Part shown: one piece after another, positions 57,706-64,000 of the stretch
How the letters are laid out: the number at the start of each line of letters is the position of its first letter
How positions within the stretch are numbered: the stretch's first letter is position 1
Assembly (NCBI GenBank): GCA_045600845.1
Contig: JAZRYR010000026.1
Location: 1,234-65,233, forward strand
From: Lachnospiraceae bacterium
GTDB taxonomy: Bacteria; Bacillota; Clostridia; Lachnospirales; Lachnospiraceae
Length of the DNA stretch: 64,000 nt
Direction: 5' to 3'
The notes under the pieces: model-generated
Seen by the model: only the letters and a program-made list of their open reading frames with translations
The model's database searches: none
Told to the model about the DNA's origin: nothing
Translations under genes and position numbers: made by a program

Positions 57706-57710
57706 AATAA

Positions 57711-58307
57711 TTAAAATGTGATGTTTGCAAAAATTAAATCGACAATTTCATCAACAGACATAGAATCTGTGATTTTAATATTGGCCAAAGCTCTTACACA
57801 ACTGGTCCGGTCAAAACCAGTGGAAACGACCGTATGAATAGCTTCATCTACACGGTTGTCATCTTTAGAAGACGCTTTCACTACATTAACGCCGGAAGAT
57901 AATAATTCTTTATTTACCTTTCCCTTCAGCTCTACGATAATCTTTTGGGCTGTTTTGGAACTGATTCCTTTCGAGGCCGCAATTAATTTATCATCCCCGG
58001 AAGCAATTGCCATTTTTAAGGTCTCGGTATCAACGGCAGAAAGTATATTTAAAGCCCCTTTAGGACCAATGCCACTGACTTTGATCAAAAGTTTGAACAT
58101 TTCCAGTTCACTTTTGGAGCCAAAACCACAAAGCGAAACATCGTCTTTTCCAAAAGCCATGAAGGTATAAATAGTCGTCTCACAGCCTTCGGATAAACGC
58201 ATTAAAGATGACAACGGCATATTTATTAAATACCCGATTCCATTGTTATCCAGAACTATGAAATTATCATCGATTTGGGCAACTGTGCCTTTTATATAAC
58301 TAATCAT
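57711..58307 (-). CDS. ruvA: Holliday junction DNA-binding protein RuvA
   Basis: It has MISYIKGTV, HhH motifs (VSGIGPKGALNIL, GISSKTAQKI), and sits immediately upstream of ruvB. Confidence 0.9.
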   Translation of the reverse strand: MISYIKGTVAQIDDNFIVLDNNGIGYLINMPLSSLMRLSEGCETTIYTFMAFGKDDVSLCGFGSKSELEMFKLLIKVSGIGPKGALNILSAVDTETLKMAIASGDDKLIAASKGISSKTAQKIIVELKGKVNKELLSSGVNVVKASSKDDNRVDEAIHTVVSTGFDRTSCVRALANIKITDSMSVDEIVDLIFANITF

Positions 58308-58335
58308 ATTTCAAAGTAAAAATAATCCCTGTTAA

Positions 58336-59085
58336 TTACAAATTATAGTTTACAATTTTTGCAAAATCTTCCTTTAAAGCAGCTCCGCCAACAAGACCAC
58401 CATCAATGTCTTCCATAGAAAGCAGTTCCTTCGCATTGGCACCATTTACCGATCCGCCATACTGAATCCGGATTTCTTCTGCCGTCTCATCGTCATAGAT
58501 TTCACGAAGAACGTTACGGATATGTCCGCAAACTTCCTCGGCCTGCTCGGAAGTTGCCACTTTTCCGGTTCCAATGGCCCAGATAGGTTCATAAGCAACA
58601 ATTGCTGTCATCGCATCTTCCCTTGAAACGTTCTCAAAAGCTTTTACAATCTGGTTTTTGATCCATTCCATAGTAATCCCCTCTTCTCTCTGCTCTAAGG
58701 TTTCTCCACAGCAGATTATAGGAATCAACTCATATTCAAAAGCTTTTAATACTTTTTTATTAACAGTCTCATCGGTTTCCGCAAAGAACTGTCTTCTTTC
58801 AGAATGTCCGATAATAACATATTCCACACCCAATTCATAAAGCATGCCCGGAGATATTTCACCGGTAAAAGCACCACTATCCTCAAAATGCATGTTCTGA
58901 GCACCAACAGAGATGGAAGAACCTTTTAAGGCTTCTACCGCACAAGGAATATCTACAAAGGGTACACAAAAAACTACTTCCGCTTCTGAATTTTCTACCA
59001 ATGGCTTTAAAGAAGATATCAGTTCTAATGCTTCCTTTGGAGTTTTATTCATTTTCCAGTTACCAATAATTATTTTATTTCTCAT
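58336..59085 (-). CDS. tpiA: Triose-phosphate isomerase
   Basis: The translation includes [27 protein letters not shown] and YGGSV. Confidence 0.95.
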   Translation of the reverse strand: MRNKIIIGNWKMNKTPKEALELISSLKPLVENSEAEVVFCVPFVDIPCAVEALKGSSISVGAQNMHFEDSGAFTGEISPGMLYELGVEYVIIGHSERRQFFAETDETVNKKVLKAFEYELIPIICCGETLEQREEGITMEWIKNQIVKAFENVSREDAMTAIVAYEPIWAIGTGKVATSEQAEEVCGHIRNVLREIYDDETAEEIRIQYGGSVNGANAKELLSMEDIDGGLVGGAALKEDFAKIVNYNL

Positions 59086-59095
59086 AATCTATCCT

Positions 59096-60289
59096 CTATT
59101 TATCTTCAATTGCTGTAACGCCAGGTAATTCCTTTCCTTCTAAGAATTCAAGAGAAGCTCCGCCTCCGGTAGAAATATGTGTCATTTTATCGCTGAACCC
59201 TAATTGAAGAGCTGCTGCTGCACTATCTCCACCACCAATAACCGTAATGGCATCTAAATCAGCAATCGCGGTTGCAATTGCTTTGGTGCCTTTCGAGAAA
59301 TTTGGAATTTCAAATACACCCATCGGTCCGTTCCAGATAACGGTTTTTGCCTCTTTTAAAGCATCGGAAAACATCTCAATGGTTTGCTTTCCAATATCCA
59401 CACCCATTAAATCATCCGGAATGTTCATTACATCTACGGTCTGGAACGGCGCTTCTTCAGAAATTTCCGGGGCAACTACGATATCTTTTGTAAAAAGCAG
59501 TTTCACATTCTTATCTTTCGCTTTTTGGATCATATCTCTTGCATACTGAAGATAATCATCTTCTACTAAAGAAAGACCAACATGGCCGCCACAAGCTTTC
59601 ACAAAAGTATAAGCCATACCACCGCCGATTATAAGAATATCAACTTTATCCAAAAGATTATTAATAACAGAAATCTTAGAAGATACTTTAGAACCTCCTA
59701 AAACAGCGGCAAAAGGTCTTACCGGATTATTTACCGCATTTCCAAGGAAATTAATCTCTTTTTCCATCAAATAACCAACCGCGGTTTCTTTTACAAACCT
59801 GCAAACTCCGGCAGTGGAACAATGCGCCCTATGAGCCGTTCCAAAAGCATCGTTAACAAAAACATCTGCTAAAGAAGCAAGCTCCTGACTAAAGCTGTCT
59901 TCATTTTTTTCTTCTTCCGGACGGAATCTGGTATTTTCCAAAAGAACCACCTGACCTTCCGTCATATTATATTTAAACCATTTCGCATGGGCACCTACGA
60001 CTTCATTATCTTTCAGGAATAAAACTTCCTGACCAAGCAACTCGCTTAAGCGTTGTGCTACCGGAGCTAACGAAAGAGATTCGTCAACTTTTCCTTTTGG
60101 TTTTCCAAGATGGGAACAGATCATGACCCGTCCGCCGTCGCCGGATAATTTAGCAATAGTAGGAAGAGCTGCTTCAATTCTGGTATCATCCGTGATAACA
60201 CCGTCTTTCATTGGAACATTAAAATCGCATCTTAAAAGGACAACCTTTCCTTTTACATCAATATCATCAATCGTTTTTTTATTCAGCAT
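59096..60289 (-). CDS. pgk: Phosphoglycerate kinase
   Basis: It has [15 protein letters not shown], the GGG.AYTF-type hinge (GGGMAYTF), GPMGVFE and STGGGASLE. The ATG at 60289 is preceded by GAGGG; the ORF track start at 60313 lies inside the intercistronic hairpin flank. Confidence 0.95.
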   Translation of the reverse strand: MLNKKTIDDIDVKGKVVLLRCDFNVPMKDGVITDDTRIEAALPTIAKLSGDGGRVMICSHLGKPKGKVDESLSLAPVAQRLSELLGQEVLFLKDNEVVGAHAKWFKYNMTEGQVVLLENTRFRPEEEKNEDSFSQELASLADVFVNDAFGTAHRAHCSTAGVCRFVKETAVGYLMEKEINFLGNAVNNPVRPFAAVLGGSKVSSKISVINNLLDKVDILIIGGGMAYTFVKACGGHVGLSLVEDDYLQYARDMIQKAKDKNVKLLFTKDIVVAPEISEEAPFQTVDVMNIPDDLMGVDIGKQTIEMFSDALKEAKTVIWNGPMGVFEIPNFSKGTKAIATAIADLDAITVIGGGDSAAAALQLGFSDKMTHISTGGGASLEFLEGKELPGVTAIEDK

Positions 60290-60304
60290 GTATTTTCCCT
60301 CATA

Positions 60305-60342
60305 AAATTTCAAAAGGCCGGCCTTTCTGAAAAGACCGGCCT
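60305..60342 (-). terminator. Intercistronic hairpin between gap and pgk (partial terminator or processing/stability element)
   Basis: On the minus strand AGGCCGGTCTTT pairs with AAAGGCCGGCCT (60315-60342) with one internal mismatch and a tetraloop. It is followed by TTTGAAATTTT. Confidence 0.5.
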
Positions 60343-60354
60343 AAAATTTAATAA

Positions 60355-61404
60355 TTAACCTAAAAACTTATTGCATACGTATTTTACAGTTCTGCATAAC
60401 TGGTTTGTATAAGAAAATTCGTTATCGTACCAAGCAACTACTTTTACCAAAGCCTGATTTTTACCAAGGTTCATAATCTTTGTCTGGGTTGCATCAAAGC
60501 AGGAACCTGCGGTCATACCAATAATATCGGTAGAAACGATTGGGTCTTCAGTATATGCGAAGGAAGGATTTGCTGCTTTCTTCATGCATTTGTTAACATT
60601 TTCCGCAGTAATATCTGCTTTTCCCTTATTGCAGACAGCAATTAATTCTGTAAGAGAACCTGTGCAGGTAGGAACTCTCTGTGCAGCTCCATCCAGTTTT
60701 CCATTCAGTTCCGGAATAACAAGGCCAATCGCTTTTGCAGCACCGGTTGTATTTGGAACAATATTATAAACAGCAGCACGAGCTCTTCTTAAGTCCCCAT
60801 TTTTATGGAAAGCATCTAAAGGCATCTGATCACCGGTATAAGCATGGATGGTTGTCATATAGCCTTTTTCGATAGGAGCAAATTTATTCAGGGCTTTCGC
60901 CATAGGAGCAAGGCAGTTTGTTGTACAACTGGCACCACTGATGATGTTATGGGTTTTCCTAAGAGTCTTCTCATTAACGCCATAAACGATAGTTGGCATT
61001 TTTTCATCGCCCGGACAGGAAATAACAACTTTTTTAGCGCCGGCATCTAAATGAGCCTGAGCTTTTTCGGTTGTTTTATAAACACCGGTACAGTCGATAA
61101 CGACATCAATATCCATTTTTCCCCAAGGAAGGTTGGCAGCATCCCGCTCACCAGTAATCGCTACTTTATAATCACCAATCTTGATAAATCCTTTTCCAGC
61201 TTTTACTTTATCTGCATCTACAAAAGTTCTATAAGTAGAGTCATATTTTAAAAGATGAGCAATTTCTTCTGTAGCTGTAGGACTGGAAACACTTAACAGA
61301 TCATTAATACATACTACTTCTACATCAGGGTCCTGATACAGTACTCTAAAAACTAATCTTCCAATTCGTCCAAAACCATTAATTGCAATTCTTTTTTTTG
61401 CCAT
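60355..61404 (-). CDS. gap: Type I glyceraldehyde-3-phosphate dehydrogenase
   Basis: The translation includes INGFGRIGR, ASCTTNCLAP (the catalytic Cys) and WYDNEFSY. An SD (AGGAGGAAG) lies upstream. Confidence 0.95.
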   Translation of the reverse strand: MAKKRIAINGFGRIGRLVFRVLYQDPDVEVVCINDLLSVSSPTATEEIAHLLKYDSTYRTFVDADKVKAGKGFIKIGDYKVAITGERDAANLPWGKMDIDVVIDCTGVYKTTEKAQAHLDAGAKKVVISCPGDEKMPTIVYGVNEKTLRKTHNIISGASCTTNCLAPMAKALNKFAPIEKGYMTTIHAYTGDQMPLDAFHKNGDLRRARAAVYNIVPNTTGAAKAIGLVIPELNGKLDGAAQRVPTCTGSLTELIAVCNKGKADITAENVNKCMKKAANPSFAYTEDPIVSTDIIGMTAGSCFDATQTKIMNLGKNQALVKVVAWYDNEFSYTNQLCRTVKYVCNKFLG

Positions 61405-61511
61405 AACAGCACTTCCTCCTAATAAAATTAGATATGATTATTATATTATGTTAGCAGATTTATTATATATGAAACTACTGAAAAAAGAAAGACTCCTTTG
61501 TCATATCTTGA

Positions 61512-61552
61512 GATAAAAATTACCGCCTCTTCTCATTAAGAAAAGAGGCGGT
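61512..61552 (-). terminator. Rho-independent terminator after the large surface-protein gene
   Basis: ACCGCCTCTT (61522-61531) pairs with AAGAGGCGGT (61543-61552). On the minus strand it is followed by AATTTTTAT. Confidence 0.7.
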
Positions 61553-61583
61553 ATTTCCTATTTTGTCTTATTTGGATCTCGTA

Positions 61584-64000
61584 TTATTTTGAACGTTTTC
61601 TTTTAAATAATACCATGAATACATTGAAGCCGGCAATAAGTGCACACAGGATTGTAAGTGCAAGCCATAATCCCATATTATTATGGTCTCCGGTTACAGG
61701 AGCTTTTTTCTTAATGGTCAGGTTTGCTTTGTTTAATTTAGCCAATGTGTAGCTTTCATTTGTGAATTCTGCAGTGATTTCATATTCTCCAGCTTCTTCT
61801 CCAGCTTTACGAGTTAATTTAAGGCCGATTTCCTTCGGATCTACCTTTTTACCGTTAATATCGGTAACTGTAGCCGTTAATTCCGGATCTTTATCACCAA
61901 CAAATTTTTCCTTAGCATCAATTGTAATCGTGATAGGCATTTCAACGATATTGAAAATACCATCTTCCTCCGTTAATTCTTCATTCATGAAATGAACATT
62001 GAAGTTCTTGTTTTCCGGATCAACGCTGCCATGGATAAGATATGTTCCAACTTCTTCTCCAGGATCACGTTCTAATACGATTCCTAATTTATCCCATTTG
62101 TATGGAAGTTCTTCAAGGATATAAGTAAGTTCCGGATCTTCCTCAGTGTAATATTTCATTTTGTTTTCAATGATAACGTCAACATCCAATGGAACAATTG
62201 TCAGAGTTGCATCTTCAACTGTTACATTATAGTTGCTGTCCTTAAAATAATAAAAATGGTATAAAGCGGTAATGGTGTATTCGCCAACTTCCGGATAACT
62301 TGTTCTTCTCTTAGCTACTGTCGGAGTTACGCGAAGGACATCACCTTTTGCAACACCTTCTACAACATATTCTAAGCCTTCCGGATCAGCATATCTGCCT
62401 TCAATATCACCATAGGTAACTTCTTTATCCTTCAATGTGATAGTAACATCAGCTTTATTGATAACAAGAGTTGCTTCCGCTGTTGCTTTTTCATGATTCT
62501 TTGAACCTGGATATGTAGCTGTTACCTTGTAGGTTCCTGCATTTACAGGTTTTCTTGTGCTGTAGTAATTTTTTCCAGCATAGGTAACTACAACTTTATC
62601 GGTTAAATCTTCACCGCTTTCAGCAGTTATTTCATACTCTAATCCGTGTCTCTTTCCATCATATACTACTGTGTCATCATCCATCTCGATAGTAACATCA
62701 GCTTTATTGATAACAAGTGTTGATGTAGCAGAAGCGCTTTCATAATTCTTAGAGCCCGGATAAATTGCGGTTACTTTATAGGTTCCTGCATCTAAAGGTC
62801 TACTTGTACTAAGATGATAGGATGTATCAGAATAAACAACCAGAACATCATCCGATAAATCTGTATCATCATCAGCTATAGCTGTTGCTGTAAAACCATG
62901 TCTCTGACCATCATAAACTACAGGTGAATCACCATCTAAGGTTAATGTAACCGGTACCTTAGAAATAGTCAATGTTCCAAGATCAATCGCCGGATTGAAT
63001 TTTGGTGAAAGTGCCAGATAAGCTGTTACAGTATAGTCACCAGCATCAACTGGAGGATTTGTCCGAACTTCCAGTCCTTTCGTGTAAACATAATCAATGG
63101 AATCTTTTATTTCTTCTTCCATTTCTGGATCTGCAGGCTCATAACCCTCTTCTGTTTCAACATATACTTTTACATCAAGGGCATGTGGTTCACCGTCATA
63201 CATTACTTTTTCGTCAACTAATTCAATTTTAACATTATAACGATCAATCAAGTAAGTACGTGAAATAGGAGCTGCAAAGTAATTTCCACCGATAACCAAA
63301 GCGGTCTGTCTGTATAATCCAGGTTCTGTAGGAGGAGTTGTTCCAAGTTCAACTTCAATATCAGATTCAATTCCATAATACAGGACTTTTACATGTTTCT
63401 GATCAATTCCTTCTTTATCATCATCTTTTAATAAGGATACAGAATAATCAAAAGATGCTGCTTGATCTGGATTATTAAACTCATAAGTGCCGATTAATGA
63501 ACGTTTTGGCATTGTCTCATCAAAGGAAAGTTTTAATCCTTCTGTCTGAGGTCCAATAACAAATATATCCGTATCAATATCGAAAGTATAATTGGAATCT
63601 ACGGTAAATGCTGTTACATCATATAAACCGGCATTCTTTGGTCCTTTTCCAAGAGTAACAATAACGTCACCAATAGCCGGAATATTATCTAAAACTTTGG
63701 CAATCTGATTCAGCAGTTCTGCATCGAGACCAAGCAATTCAGCCAAGGTTTTACCACCGGAAAGCGGGACTTCTGTATTCAGAATATTAACAACATCATT
63801 AATTATTGTCTTAATTACGGAAATTTCTTTTCCATCCCCGATTTGAGTCTTGATATATTCATAAATATTATAAGGAATTCCTAATCGATCCAGAATAGCT
63901 TTAATCGGCTCTCTCAATGATTCTGGAATCCATTTGCTATTCGTAATATCAAGACGCTCCTGAAGGCTTTTCGGGAAGTCAATGCTTACAAAACCTTTTG
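61584..64000 (-). CDS. Large surface protein with repeated MBG-type (YDG...H) Ig-like modules and a C-terminal PVTGD sorting-signal-like anchor; the 5' end lies beyond the window
   Basis: The frame stays open to nt 64000, and the TTG at 63917 in the ORF track is internal. Modules of about 83 aa repeat (VVYDGKRHGL...AGTYKVTATYPGSKNHEKA...LVINKADVTI), with a 249-bp DNA period between 62442 and 62691. The C-terminus is PVTGD (61686-61700), then a TM helix and FKRKRSK. Confidence 0.8.
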   Translation of the reverse strand, partial: KGFVSIDFPKSLQERLDITNSKWIPESLREPIKAILDRLGIPYNIYEYIKTQIGDGKEISVIKTIINDVVNILNTEVPLSGGKTLAELLGLDAELLNQIAKVLDNIPAIGDVIVTLGKGPKNAGLYDVTAFTVDSNYTFDIDTDIFVIGPQTEGLKLSFDETMPKRSLIGTYEFNNPDQAASFDYSVSLLKDDDKEGIDQKHVKVLYYGIESDIEVELGTTPPTEPGLYRQTALVIGGNYFAAPISRTYLIDRYNVKIELVDEKVMYDGEPHALDVKVYVETEEGYEPADPEMEEEIKDSIDYVYTKGLEVRTNPPVDAGDYTVTAYLALSPKFNPAIDLGTLTISKVPVTLTLDGDSPVVYDGQRHGFTATAIADDDTDLSDDVLVVYSDTSYHLSTSRPLDAGTYKVTAIYPGSKNYESASATSTLVINKADVTIEMDDDTVVYDGKRHGLEYEITAESGEDLTDKVVVTYAGKNYYSTRKPVNAGTYKVTATYPGSKNHEKATAEATLVINKADVTITLKDKEVTYGDIEGRYADPEGLEYVVEGVAKGDVLRVTPTVAKRRTSYPEVGEYTITALYHFYYFKDSNYNVTVEDATLTIVPLDVDVIIENKMKYYTEEDPELTYILEELPYKWDKLGIVLERDPGEEVGTYLIHGSVDPENKNFNVHFMNEELTEEDGIFNIVEMPITITIDAKEKFVGDKDPELTATVTDINGKKVDPKEIGLKLTRKAGEEAGEYEITAEFTNESYTLAKLNKANLTIKKKAPVTGDHNNMGLWLALTILCALIAGFNVFMVLFKRKRSK

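Overview
By gene content and order, this window looks like a chromosomal segment from a low-GC Firmicute, probably a Clostridia or Lachnospiraceae-like organism. About 90% is tightly packed housekeeping genes.

**Plus-strand block (about 4.7-18.2 kb):** polA, coaE, an RluA-family synthase, recU, a radical-SAM pair (TIGR03960/TIGR03936 type), rng, rplU, rpmA, obg, yhbY, nadD, yqeK and rsfS.

**SOS node:** a divergent lexA / yneA-like pair with LexA boxes.

**Minus-strand arrays (about 22.8-61.4 kb):**
- Xer-like recombinase, ttcA-like, rluD, lspA, sepF, yggS
- mgsA, radC, ynbB-like, miaA, mutL, mutS, miaB
- two flavoproteins and an EF-G paralogue
- recA, cinA, pgsA, rimO, rpoZ, gmk, yicC
- PBP2, FtsW/RodA, ruvB, ruvA, tpiA, pgk, gap

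A large MBG-repeat surface protein runs off the right edge. I saw no rRNA, tRNA or CRISPR array.

**Non-core spots worth a second look:**
1. A roughly 575-bp element at 595-1169 bounded by 19-bp terminal inverted repeats.
2. A variable patch at 20.2-22.8 kb holding an amidohydrolase, a possible esterase remnant, and an orphan peptide with a Nif11-like double-glycine leader and a zinc-ribbon-like core.
3. A roughly 1.85-kb segment between the D-Ala-D-Ala dipeptidase gene and recA (45.6-47.5 kb). It carries three families of direct repeats, including a 6 x 53-bp array of dyad-symmetric sites, plus an orphan ORF with a nuclease-like C-terminus. It is apparently flanked by a degenerate duplicate of the recA terminator.
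4. A symmetric back-to-back promoter pair sharing one -35 hexamer, which would make polA (and possibly the LtaS-like gene) leaderless.

All functional calls rest on motif recognition in the supplied translations and on gene context. No database search was run.
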